A stretch of DNA of 64,000 nt. It comes from Entomortierella parvispora E1425 (Eukaryota; Fungi; Mortierellomycota). The stretch covers positions 1,116,001-1,180,000 of the forward strand of contig BQFW01000001.1 in NCBI GenBank assembly GCA_020891255.1, written 5' to 3'. Under the pieces are notes generated by a model that saw only the letters and a list, made by a program, of their open reading frames with translations, made no database searches and had not been told where the DNA came from. The stretch's first letter is position 1. Each line of letters opens with the position of its first letter. A program made the translations under genes and the position numbers. Shown here one piece after another: positions 12,936-27,000 of this stretch.

Positions 12936-14788
12936 TTAGATCATTTCGACAAGGTGCTTGACGAGGGTCTAGAATAGCACAAAAGAAAAACAAAATTGAA
13001 CCCATGTTAGAATCCACACCAAAACCAATGGAGCATGCATGCACCACTAAAAAAACAAAAACAAAAAAAAAAAAAAAAAAAAGTCGAACATATAGCTTAC
13101 CTGCAAATCCTTGGCACGAGCATCAGCAGCCTCGAGAACCTCCTCGTGCGAGGCAATCTTCTCCTCAAGAGGTCTGACCTCAACGGGGGCATCGGGGTCC
13201 GAGCGAGCCTCACGGTGGACGACGACACGGTTGGTGACCAAGGACAAACCGACAACCTTGATGCCGCAGTGTCTTGCAACGACGACCTCGGGGACAGTCG
13301 ACATACCGACAACATCAGCGCCGATGGTCTTCAAGAATCTGCACTCGGCCTTGGACTCGTATGAAGGACCAGAGACAAAGACGTAGATACCCTCGTGCAA
13401 GAACTTTGGCACGTTCAACTTCTTGGCGGCCTCGTATACGAGACGGCGGAGACGGGGGCAGTAAGCATCCGACATGGGGGGGAAGCGGGGTCCAAACTCG
13501 GCCATGTTGGGTCCAATCAAGGGGTTGTTGCCGGTCATACCGGGCAAGTTGATGTGATCCTCAATAATGCAGACATCGCCAATCTGGAAAGCAGGGTTAA
13601 GACCACCGGCAGCGTTGGTAACTATTGTTGGATGGGAGGAGTATAAAGTTGCCGGTTTTCAAGATTAGCGCATATGCAAGGACAAGTACCGCTCTTTGTT
13701 TTCCCCCCTCAGTTTTTCATCGACACTCTTTTCCCCCACACGCGTATCTCTATGTGCTCTCTAGACAGTCCACCTCGCCTCTTATGAGATCGCGTGTCCA
13801 GTAGTACCCGGTACTCTCAATTTCATAAAAAACAAACTGGCGTGGAAAAATAGAGAAAAAAGTGGGTCCAATTGTGGGGAATCCCCACTGAGCACTCCAA
13901 AACGGCCACGAGCAAATCAAAAGCTGGTGCCTGAAGCTCATTCAGCTGTTCCGCTGCCCTGCTCCTTTTTCGCTGGTAAAGTCACCAGCCCTTCTCTATT
14001 CTCTCCATGTGTATAAGGTGACGCCCTATCCATTGACTCAAAAGTCCAGATTCGTGAAGAGTGCTTACCGATAAGGGTCTCGACGCCGAGAAGGGACATG
14101 AGGCGGATGGGGTAGGTGGTCTGGGTCAACGCAAAGCCCTCATAGTAGTGGAAACGGCCAACCATGCACACGGTAGGAACGTCATTGTCACCCAACAAGC
14201 CAAAGACCAACTTGCCGGCGTGTCCAGCAACTACATAGCACGAAAAAAAGGCCAGGTCGCCGTCAGTAAAAAAAAATGAAAAGGCAAAAAAACAAGGTTG
14301 AGGGTAACTCGAGCCGTCCAAGAGAGCGGTGATCAGTGGCAGTCATTGTCTAGAATGTCCTTGTTATTCACCGTTCATTCAAGTTGTCCATCCCTGGCTT
14401 GATCCAGACGAGACATTGCGCGTTGTGCTGGGTGAATTCCTGTGTTATTTTTTTTCCCTGACTTTCAAGTTTCAAGTTGTGATTCGACAGACGCCACGAA
14501 AAAAAAAAAAAAGACAAGAAAAAAAGGTGGCGCTTCTTTGTTCATTCGCATGGTTCATTGTGCATTCTTTTGCAGAAAGAATCCCTTACCGGTGCTGTTG
14601 ACGAATCCAGGAATGTCAGTGTAGGCAAACTCGACCTTGTTGCGAATGATGTTGACGAGTCCTCCGAGACCAGAGCCGCAGACAATGGCGACCTTGGGCT
14701 TGGAGAGGTTGGCGGGGAGGGCACGATCACCGGTGGTGAGGAAGCCGAGGGCAGCCTGAAGATCCTTGATGGTAGCAGCGTTGGCCAT
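12936..14788 (-). CDS. PNP1: Purine nucleoside phosphorylase (trimeric PNP type)
   Basis: Four exons. Motifs IVCGSGLGGL, GRFHYYEG, VTNAAGG, GPSYES, DVVGMSTVPEV and LSLVTN. The short last exon TLVKHLVEMI* ends at 12936. Confidence 0.95.
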
Positions 14789-14972
14789 TGTAGTTTAAGA
14801 GTTGATTAGAAGGAGAGGGAGGGGGAGCACTGATGAATGAAGGAGAGAAAGAGAGAAAAGAGGAATGAGACACTACTTGAAAGCGGTGGCGAAGAACGAA
14901 GAGGGAAGGCGAAGAAGTGGTGGCGGCCCTTAACGGTTTATTTTATGACGGTAATCTGTGCGAATGTCCGTG

Positions 14973-16076
14973 CTACGCGCCTGCGTTGAAAAACTTGACA
15001 CCCATCTCCTCAAAGTTGGCTCCCTGGAATGTTGTCGCAACTCCTCGCTTCACAAGTACATCCATGGTCTTTTGAAGTACTGTTGGGTGTATGTTATAGA
15101 ACTCTTGATCCTCTGCATTGTCTCCGTGTGCAATTTCGTAGTAGGTCATGATGGTATTGTTCAGTCCAGATTCAAATACCTGCGAGCAGAAAAGGGTAAA
15201 AGTCAATATAGACTCAGTGGTTGTCCTCACATAATTTGATCCGCAATGCCTTTTTGAACCGAGAATTGAAAAAAGACGTTACCCATGTCGAGATAAACGT
15301 AGCCCATTCTTCTGGTTTCCGCCAGAGAATAATTGCCTTTCTTTTCCTTGAGGTCGGGTCCCACTCAGCATCACCTATTGATTTCCCAATAAACTTGTAA
15401 GCGAGGCTACCCCACCAATTGACAGGGTCAAATCCATTTTCTAATGGTACCTTTTTTAACCATTTCGTCAACAATTGCTTGGATCGTCTCGGGCTTGAGT
15501 CTCCCTATTGTAACGCAATATGGTGGCGTTTTAGTCCTGACAAGTCGACTCAAAGAAGTAACATGGCGTGATATGAATTTCCCGAGTCTTTCGGTGGAAT
15601 GTTGGCTCTGAGGTCCTTCTGTCCAAGCTAAGGTCCTCATTCGAGCTTTGACCTTTAGGGAGGAGATCTTTCCCGAGTCAAGTGGTTGATAGACGTCTGT
15701 TGCCCAGCCATCCATTGCTCAGTATTTGATCCACTCTTACGATTTATCCTTTGGTTATGAAAGAGCTGTTCGTTGGTAGTGTTAGCGTCATCGAGGTCAA
15801 GTTGATACAGACGATGGTGTCTAAAGTATCGCATCACCACTGTTCCCCACAGATCGGCTTGATTTTTCCATGTTGATGCTGTCGGTTGTAACCTATAAAG
15901 ATAACGCATTATTTATTGTTAGCTGTAAATTATACCATGGACAAGGCTGTTGGGTGAATCACTTACGTGTAGAAGGGAGGAAAGTTATGAATGGAAGGGA
16001 ACTGGAAACCAGATGCCAAGGCGGGGGATTGGCTCAGGCCCTGAGCTGCATTAGATGAAGCCGCAGACAAAGACAT
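14973..16076 (-). CDS. VPS25: ESCRT-II subunit Vps25
   Basis: The spliced ORF gives FQFPSIHNFPPFYT|LQP, then LFHNQRIN, KG|DAEWD, ILWRKPEEWA and MGVKFF, the two winged-helix Vps25 pattern. Confidence 0.92.
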
Positions 16077-16112
16077 GACTTTCTGTGGGGATGCAAGTCA
16101 ATTCAAGAGTAA

Positions 16113-17668
<1,556 letters not shown>

Positions 17669-17825
17669 ATTTCTTTAGAGGTCATCGCATATCACGTCAA
17701 CGCTGAACAATGTACATAAATCGCCGTTTTCATGGAAAAAACAATATGACTGCACAAGAGGATTTCTTCAAAGCTGTTGGTACCTTTATTATTCTATTCA
17801 TGGTTCTAATGCCACTCGAACACAA

Positions 17826-18759
17826 TTATGTTGGCTTTGATGGAAGGTTTGCCACTTGTCCCCGAAGCATCCGCTTGATTTGTGCTGCAACTTCATTTGG
17901 CTATATTAATGAGAACAAGAGTAGACATGTCAGAACATTGAAGGCTCAGATCCTTCTTATTAACCACTGCGAGCCAAATACCTTTAAGCGTTCAAAGTCA
18001 TTAGAGGATGCATTCCCATCTCCTACAGCTGGTTTCGAAGACGTGGACGTAACAAGTTCTAAAAAGATCTTCCATCCTTCCCGACCACCTTTCCGATCGT
18101 GCTCTGGATCAACCCAATAGCAGTACCACTTGTGTGCCTGAGCGACATCAAATCCTGTCTCGCCTTCCAGACCATCGTCTCCTGCCTCCTCAAGATCATC
18201 GTCCCCATCCAGAGTATTGCTGCTAGCACCGGTCGACAGAAAAGTACATTGGGTATGACATGCCTCACATGACAACATCCCTGGATGCAGTTCAACCACC
18301 TGCCACCCAAAGAGAGCCAGGACGGCAAGTTTTTGATCGGTAACTTCTGGGAATGTTTGGATCAAAGAGTCTGCCTCGCTCTTGGACTGTTTGAACAGGA
18401 CATGAGAGGAGTTATTATCTAAATGATTGCCAGAGATTACAGACTATCAAAGGAAAGGAAAGCGACTTACCAACGGCTGTTTGATCGTTTCTACTAGTGG
18501 ATTGCCCAGAATGGGTTTCAATTGCTGAGCGCGCTCCACAAAATCCTTCTTTGCCTGAGACTGAGAGTACACAGGGAACTTGTAGATGCTATCTATATAC
18601 GACCCAAGATGATGCAAGGATGGTCAGTCATCAGCTTTCCAAAGGACATTTGCATACTGTCACAAGTCTGTTGGTACTTGCCATCACACGGATGGCCCTT
18701 CCAGGGGCAGCCCGTGGCATGATTCGATGCTAACATAGCATGGAACTTTGGCCCCAAAG

Positions 18760-18806
<47 letters not shown>

Positions 18807-19564
18807 TGCAATCGAAAGTCAGCTCTTGTTTGATAACTCTCCGATCCCCGGCAAACTTGAAAAAACGGCCAGAACATACCCTCAACATCCAGATCAGGTA
18901 CCAGATCGTCGACTTCCATCTCCTCTGTGGCCACGTTTGCGTCCGCACCGTGATTGCTGTTTTCAGTTTCCTGCTCGCCTCCTACAGATTGTGTACCCTG
19001 ATCCAGTCCTTGATCGATCCTGACAATCACCACACCGCCACAACCTCCCCAGCATTCCAAACGGTCGTCTGCGGTGTTGATCCATCCACGTTTGGCACAT
19101 TCGACTGCGTTGACCAACTTTGGTTTGTCGAACCAAGTAGAGGGCTTAAAAGTCTCGAGTCGCTCATGAAATTGTTCCCGAGACCAAGGCATGAATCTCT
19201 TTTTGTGCGAAGGAATCGAGCCGAGCGATTTCACTCCGGGGGTGGATGAGGATGTGCCGTTGGCTTTTCCTGTACTGGTGTTGCTGCGATGTGTGGTGGG
19301 TGCACTGGCGGCAATCGAGGCGGCGATAGAGTCTTTTAATGTTGGCCTTGAAGAGGCCAATCGAGAGAGTTTGTCGAGAACAGCTGGTCGAGGAGGAAGG
19401 TATACGCGTTGCTTTTTGACTGGAAGCGCTGCAGCAGCGGCGGAGGTCGTTCCTGATGCAGCGTTCTTCCCGGTGGTAGAGTGATGATGACTGCGCTTGT
19501 TTGACTGGTCAAAGAGCGAGTTGAGGATGGCGAGAGACTCGTCAATCTTTCGTTTTGCGTCCAT
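17826..19564 (-). CDS. C3HC zinc-finger protein, Rsm1/NIPA/Pml39-like (nuclear basket, mRNA export)
   Basis: FMPWSREQFHERLETFKPSTWFDKP...CAKRGW...C..C...H..GCPW first module and LALFGW...C..C...HKWYCYW second module; five exons join in frame. Confidence 0.85.
18762..18804. repeat. A43 homopolymer (T43 on the sense strand) abutting the 3' splice site of an Rsm1-like intron
   Basis: Read directly; lies immediately upstream of the acceptor AG on the minus strand. Similar long tracts occur in other introns, e.g. about 45829-45858 and 50836-50862. Confidence 0.9.
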
Positions 19565-20020
19565 GGCAAAGTGAAAGAGTCGGGGATGAGGATGATCCGC
19601 TGTGGTGTTGAGCTGTGTGCTGGTGGTGGTGTCTGACTGTGTCTGTCTATGTCTGTCTGTCGAGTGAGTCCTGTCTGCGCTGTGTATGATTGCTCTCAAG
19701 GGTGATTAGTGATGCGATGAGAGGGAGGCCGATCCAAGGGGGAACAGAACATTACTGCGTTGATCAAGGTGACGTGCCGCTCCCGTTCCCGGGGTGGTTG
19801 TTTTGCGTTCATTTTCTGCTCTCTTCTGCACGCGAATCCTTCTTGCGCCCTGTGTGTGAGCTGTGGGTGTGTGTGTGGGTGGGCGGCCCTTGATTTTTTT
19901 CTTTCTTTCTTCTTATTCTTCTTATTCTTCTTCTTCTTTGTCCTTCTCCTTTCCTCCCTTTCTCCTTCCTTCCGCTCATCCCGCTCCTCTTCCTCCTTCT
20001 CTCCCCAACAACTTTGCTTC

Positions 20021-22164
20021 ATGGACGAATTCGCGAAATTGGATCGCGAGTCGATCGGTTACGACAAGTCAAACTCGTATGCCATCATCGTCGGTCTGAC
20101 CTTCATGGTCATCTTCCGATTCATCGGTTACCTTGCCACCAAGGCTCCCAAGGTCTCGGCCATGGGCAAGGCTGGCTTTTGTGTCGTTGTCCTCGGAGAT
20201 ATCGGCCATAGCCCGCGTATGCTTTTGCATGCCCGCAGCGCCCTCAATGCTGGATACAAGGTCGATGTCATTGGATACAAAGGTATAATACGTCCAAAAG
20301 AGTCGACGCCTATTTGTGCTTATTTCTTCTTATCCCCCCACTTTGAGACAACCGCTGATCTTATGGTTTGCCTCTTTCCTCTCTCTCCCCATTGTTCTTT
20401 CTGTCCATGCACTTTTTATGTTTGCTCTTCCTCCTTGACAACAGGTTCGCGTCTTCCTGAAGACCTCGAGAGCCACCCTTCGATCCAGTATCATTACCTG
20501 ACTGAGCTTCCCCGTGTGCCCGAGAAGTTGCCCCGCATTTTGTACTACCTCTACGCTCCGATCAAAGCCGTGGTCCTTGCCATGCAGCTTTTCATGGTCG
20601 CCATGTTCCAGGTTGCTGCCCCTGAGGTCTACGTTGTCCAGGTATGACGCGCCAATCAGTCGACCATTTGTTGGAAAAAAAAATCTTACGAACTTACACG
20701 TATTTCCCTATGCCTGAATTAACACGATCGTTCTCTCCTACAATCTCTTTTCAGAACCCTCCTTCAATCCCCACCCTTCATGTCATGCAGGTTGTCAACT
20801 GGTTGAAGCAGCGTCATTTGGTTATTGATTGGCACAACTATGGAAGCTCTGTTGTTGCTCATCGCCTCGGACAGGGTAGCATCTTCACAAAGCTCGTTGC
20901 CCTTTACGAGCGTTTCTGGGGTTACAAGGCTACTATCCACATTTCTGTTAGCCGCACTATGGCCCGCGAGCTCTTGTACAAGTTTGAAAAGCGCGGAAAG
21001 GTCGCCACATTGTATGACCGTGCCCCTGAGAGCTTCCGCCAATTGGACACTGACGAGATTCACGCTGTAAGAGGCACATACTGATTTGTGAGTAATTGGT
21101 GAGAAAGAGCGACCATGCTAGTGTTCTAAACATTTTTCCTCTTCTTTTTTACATTGCCTTGTATAGTTTATGGGAGAGTTGAAGTTGGAGAAATTGATCA
21201 AGGAGCAGACATTGAACAGCACCTTTTTGCCCACCATCGGCGCCAACCAGACTTTGTTGACAGAGAAAGAGTCCGCCAGCGGACCTGCCGTCTTCCGTGC
21301 TGATCGCCCCATTTTGATTGTCTCGAGCACCAGCTGGACTGCGGACGAGGACTTTCAATTGCTTTTGAACGCTGCTCAACAATACGACGAGATCTCGAAA
21401 CTGGAGAACAAGTCTGGAAAGAGCACCAGTGGCAAGGTCAAGGCGGACCTTTACCCAAAGTTGCTCTTTGTGATTACTGGAAAGGGACCTTTGAAGCAGC
21501 ATTACGAGGAGGTCATGAGTAAGATGGCCCTGGAGAACGTTGTTTTTATTACAACCTGGCTCAGTCCCGAAGATTACCCTCGCCTGCTCGGTATGTTTTT
21601 TTTTGTCAATGATCCGTTCAATGTCAATTCTGCCATATTCTTTTTCGTCTAATACGTATTCATACATTATTTCGGGTCATTTTTTCAACAGGATCTGCTG
21701 ACTTGGGCGTTTCATTACACACATCATCGTCTGGCGTGGATTTGCCCATGAAGGTCGTTGACATGTTTGGATGCGGTCTTCCCGTCTGCGCCTTTAAATA
21801 CCCAGCTCTTTCGGAACTTGTTGTTGCAAAGTCCAACGGATTGGTCTTTGAGAACGCCACCGAGCTCAAGACTCAGTTTGTGACTTTGTTCAAGGGCTTC
21901 CCCTTGGCCAGCCCCGAGGAGCAGACGCAATTGCAGGGAATGCGCCATGACATTGCCAAGGGCTTCCAGGCGACTCGCTGGGAGGACAACTGGAACACGA
22001 CCCTTTTGCCTCTGTTGAAAAACTTGGACAAGACCTGGGCCGATTCACAAATGTACGCTGAGAACCCCGTCTACACTTTGAACCCCAGGGCCGCCTCGCA
22101 GCCCTTGGAGTTGGATCAGGAGGTGGATGAATATCTCGAGGATGAGGTGGTCGCCGAGGAGTGA
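20021..22164 (+). CDS. ALG1: Chitobiosyldiphosphodolichol beta-1,4-mannosyltransferase
   Basis: Five exons. Motifs VVVLGDIGHSPRM, QNPPSIPTL, VIDWHNYG, LYDRAP, VSSTSWTADEDF, ITGKGPLK and HTSSSGVDLPMKVVDMFGCGLP. Confidence 0.95.
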
Positions 22165-22502
22165 AAAAAATTGACAAAGATTAAAAAAAAACACGAATTG
22201 ACAAATCAAAAAAAAAAGAAAAAAATGGCATTGAATATGTGTGAGGAAGTGGAGGATCAAACAAATGACTACTTACCTAGAGATATGGACCATATCGAAT
22301 AATACCTTTGTTTTTTTCCCATCCACTTCACAAACTTGCAAAGAATGGCGCGTGTCAACTTTGATAAAACAAAAAGTCCAAGACAGAGCTTACCCATGCT
22401 GCTGGCTGGTCTGGATGCCGCCTCACAATCCAAGTTGACATCCAAGGGCTTTGTCGGGATCATTTCTTTCTTCTCTTCCTTGTATGAGAAACTAAACAGC
22501 TG

Positions 22503-24030
22503 TCATTGGAACTGGTTATAAGTTATAGGCGCCTTGTGCATATCCTGAAGTACGGGTAACTGCCCCTTGTAAAACTTATCCGTTGACTCCAATTCTAGAT
22601 CGCGACAGCCCCATTTCGACACACGGTAAGTACTGCTGATTGTATGCAGCTTTTGGACCGGGACCAGTTTGCCGAGCTCCATCGGGCGATTCATTCTCGC
22701 GCGATATTGCTCCTGAGTGATTTGGTACTCACAACCTTTACCTGTCGCGCGATCACTCAACACACTTACATTCAATCTCTGTAGATGTGGGGCATACACC
22801 GTCAATAGCTCAACCACGTCCCCGCGCGTCATCATCCACGGTCCCTCCAGAAGGAGAAATGTCAGCACGCTGTCCAAGAGAGGTGTCGTCGTCGGCCGAG
22901 ACTTTCGCTTCGTAGGCTCCGGTGCCGCTGGAATCGAGTACGACAAAGGAAGAATGGGTATGCAAAGGAATCCGCGGAGGAGAGCCCCAGGTGGTCAAGC
23001 GAACGGTCAATAATCGAGAACAGGTCTTGAGCCATCTGATGCTAACTAAACACATGCGCCGGGGGGTCCTTCCATCAGTAACGTCTCGAGGAAGGGGAGA
23101 TGCCAAGTTGCTGTCCAAACGCTTGAATCCAGGTATCCCCCTGCTTCAAGTTTCTGATCTTTGATTTATTTTTTTCCAAAAGGAGCTGGTCGACTTGTGT
23201 GGGCAGACAGTCTTGGGACCAGATGCACATAGTCCAACAGAGGAGTGGCCTTATGATCAACAGCAATCTCGAGACTTTCGAGGGCCTGCATGGAATTCGA
23301 AGACTCATAGTTTAACAGTAAGGCCGGAGTGTTGAAAAGGCGCCAACGTCTCAGTCGAGGAAGAGTCCATTTAGGAAACAGGGTCGTCATCTTATTGAGG
23401 CACGCTGGTACCATCCGGCGTACAGGCACTGCCGGGTTAGACTTTGCCCTGGCAACCCAACTTCCTGCTCCAAAAACTCTTGCTGGGATAGAGCGCCAAA
23501 CATTTTCTCATCCTCGTCGTAGTATTGTCGATATCCTCCATAATCGAGCGATCCGATCGATAAGCTGGCTATCCCAAAAACTGAGATCTTGATCGACCTT
23601 TGGCAGGGTGAGCTGCACCAAAGGTCTGAAATCCAGACAATCCATCTGGTATGGAAAAGACAAGTAGTAAAGTAGGAGGAGTAGTCGACCGTTGGAAGCT
23701 TCAGTGTCCTGGTTTCCAGATCACCTTCGCCTGAAGGGTACATTTCCAATTCTGGGACATGGGTAGGTTTGGGAAATCTTATTCCACATGAACTAAGAAA
23801 GGTCTCCACGGACACTCCTGCCTTCTGTGATCGATACTTGGAAAGAGAAGAAAAGACCAGGGCCAGCATCCGCCCTCTTTTCTTGAAATGGGGACTCTTG
23901 AGTTAATCGAGTTGCCAAGAATTGAACGGATCACCGCACATGAGGTGCAAAGCTGCCTTAAACAAGAACCGGTTGACGAAGAGAAGCGTCGTGAGCCTCT
24001 TGAGATCGTCATGGAGTCAACGACTCTGGC
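22503..24030 (-). pseudogene. Decayed F-box/RNI-like (Mortierella-type LRR) gene
   Basis: F-box-like start LHDDLKRLTTLLFVNRFLFKAALHLMCGDPF is followed by an in-frame TAA (about 23904-23906), then MLALVFSSL...TVDYSSY. LRR-like segments (LESLEIAVD; LTFLLLEGPWMMTRGDVVELLTVYAPHLQRL) sit in different frames, and there is no intact start. Confidence 0.7.
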
Positions 24031-24076
24031 TTTTTAATATTCTTTCACTAAATAAATAATACCCTCCTACTCCTAC

Positions 24077-27000
24077 TTATACCTCGCCCGCCTGTTCTGC
24101 CAGCTTGTAGAACAGCGATTCTTCATTCTTCAGCAGCGCCGAGGGGCTGTCAAACTCCTGAACACGACCCTTGTCCAGCACCAGGATCCGGTCATTGTCC
24201 ATCACAGTCTTGATACGATGCGCAATCGTCAGGATGGTCCTGTCTGAAAATTCCTTTCGGATCGTCTTTTGGATCAGCTCATCCGTCTCCACGTCCACTG
24301 CCGCTGTGGCCTCGTCTAGGATCAAGATCCTGCTCTTCCTCAACAAGGCACGCGCTAAACAGATCAGGGACCGCTGTCCCACAGAGAAGTTCTCTCCGTT
24401 CGTAGACACTTCAAAGCTCAGTCCTCCTGGCAGACTGCTGATAAAGTCCTTCAGATGAGATCGCTCCAACGCCTCCCAAAGATCAAAGTCCTCCAGTTCA
24501 TCGAAGGGATCGAGATTCTCACGAAGAGTACCTGCAAAGAGAGTTGGGTCTTGAGGAATAATGGCCAGATGCTGTCGAAGAGTCTCAAGTCCTACGGTTG
24601 AAATGTCGATACCGTCGATTTCGATCCTTCCTCCATCCATTTCATCATCAAACAGTGTCAGGTCTCGATCAGATCCTCCCGCCGTCATACGCTGCCCTGT
24701 GGCTGGGTCAATATAGGCCAGGCTGACCTGACTATTGTCGCTATCCTTGGCCAGCTGACTATTGGCGGCCTCGATAATACGGAACAGAGCCAACGTCAAA
24801 GACGACTTTCCAGCGCCAGTGCGACCTACAATTCCAATCTTTTCTGCGGCTCGGACCTCGATTGAAACATTCTTGATCACTAGGTCCATGCCCTCGCGAT
24901 AACGAGTCGAATAGTTGTGGAAACTAATACGACCTTGTGAAGGCCAGTTTGGTGGGAGTCGCACAGAAGTGATTTCGGCCGCCTCGGTCTTCAACTCGGT
25001 GTACTCCAGAATTCGCTCCATGTTGACCAATTGGTTCTATCGTTTGGTAGGCAAAAAGGATAGTTTTTTTTTTTGGTTAGAAACTCTGATTTTCCTCTTT
25101 GTATGCCATGGACGGGCGTGATAACAATACCTGCAGATCGCAAAAGTTGCGAACAAGTGTCGCCACCTCTTCAGTGATGGACATGGCAAAACTGAGTGTC
25201 AATCCTGCCATACTTGGATCCAGATTTTTGCGCCCCAAGACCGCCAATAAGGCCGCAAAGAACAAGACGGTAGAACTGAGAAGTCTCAGTTGGACATCCA
25301 GCCATCGTCGACTGGACATGTTGGAGAGGAAGTTGTTGGTCATCAGGTCAGTCTTGTCCTCGCTCATACGAATAAACCGCTCATGGACCTGCATCGCTCG
25401 AATGGTCGACACTCCAGCCAGCGATTCGTTAAAGTGCTGGTACACGGGCGATTTCGAAACGGAGTAAATGCGAGCCAATGTCCTCGAAGCGCTCAAGAAG
25501 CATGCCTGTGCGGCCCAGTAGCCGATCAGCAGGAAAGGAACCAAAACAATAAAGGAGGGAGTCGTGAAAATGATCACCAGCAGCGTGCTGAGGACAGAGA
25601 TACCAAAGAGAAGGATGTCCATGGTCTTGTTGGCGATGCGAATATCAACCGAAAACATGTCTGAACTGAAGCGATTGATAATTCGGCCGAGTGGAGTGGT
25701 ATCAAAGAAGGCCATGGGCAGACGAAGAACCTTGTCCAGTAGTTGAAAGTGAATGCGTTCTGCCGCTCGGATGCGAGCCACTGTCAGTCCCAGCCACATC
25801 ACAACCACATAGGTAAGCACGTATGCGACCGTCAGGGCCGCGTAGACGCTCAAGAAGATTTTGAGGGGAGGGGGTTGACTTCCTTCAGAGTCCTTGGTCT
25901 TCTGGATCCAGTACTTGAGCCAAAGACTGGTTGACACCAAACATCCCTGAGCTAGCACAAAGAGTAGGAAAATAATCACAACGTTCAAGTAGGACCTGTG
26001 GGATGCAAGACGTTTGTTAGGATCAGAAACAGCTCCAGAACAGTAATAAAAATACAATGAAAATACTTCAAGGGACTTACGCAGCTTTAGCATAGACAAG
26101 CAGTACACCAAATCCGACTTCGCCCTCCTTCATCTTTTCGGCCGCAGTTAGCTCCGCCTTTGTATCTCTCTTTATGTCCACAATCTCTACAACTTGCGGG
26201 GGAGCAAGACCCAGCTCTTCTTCTTCTGATGTGTCCAGATCCGTTGTTCCCTCGTCGTCAACGTCTGATGACGGTAACGAAAGTTCGCTTGCGTCCGTCT
26301 CGACCAGTAACGCCTGCTTATCTTTGTTGGTTCCTTCAGAGGCGACAAATACATTGGCGGCACTACTGGAGCGCCTTTGGAGTTTAAGGGTCGAGTGCGA
26401 TCTTCTCCTCTCCATCTTGGAGTAGTCCTTAATAAGTCGGTAAAAGGCATTTCGAGCCTCCATGAGGTCGCTGTAGTGTCCCTTTTCCTCAATCTCGCCA
26501 TCTTTCAAGACCACAATCAGATCCATTTCTCGAAGGTGGTGAATGCCGTGTGTAACGAGGACACGCGCCTTGTTACCCAAGAGTCCTGAAGGTCCGATCA
26601 AATGATCCCAGAGATGCTTATCGACATGAGCATCCACAGCACTGAGGGGGTCGTCAAGCAAATAAATATCAGAGTCCTGGTAGGCAGCCCGGGCGAGCGA
26701 AACACGCTGCTTTTGTCCGCCTGACAAGTTGATCCCGCGCTCTCCAATCTCAGTCATGTCTCCGCCTGGTAACATGGCAATGTCTGGCTCAAGGCCTGAG
26801 GCAAACAAAACTTGTTTGTAGCGTTCCTCATCATAATCGCTGCCAAACAGGATATTGTCTTTCAAAGTGGCATTGACGATCCAAGCTATGATACAACAGA
26901 GTACAGAGGGTTAGAACAACAGTCGGACCATATCCATAAGAAGAATATAATGGTTGTTGACGAACCTTGCTGGGGAACATAAGCAATTTTCCCTGAAATT

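Noticed and set aside
13630-14065. Unusually long PNP1 intron (about 440 nt) as a snoRNA host
   Set aside because: I could not find properly spaced C/D or H/ACA boxes with terminal stems; an Infernal/Rfam scan would be needed to exclude it fully.
18762-18804. Long poly-A/T tracts as retroelement tails
   Set aside because: They sit at intron 3' ends or terminators, with no target-site duplications or upstream element body.
20190-20235. ALG1 motif reads GHSPRMLLHA rather than the usual GRSPRMQYHA
   Set aside because: All other catalytic motifs are intact; this is most simply lineage divergence.
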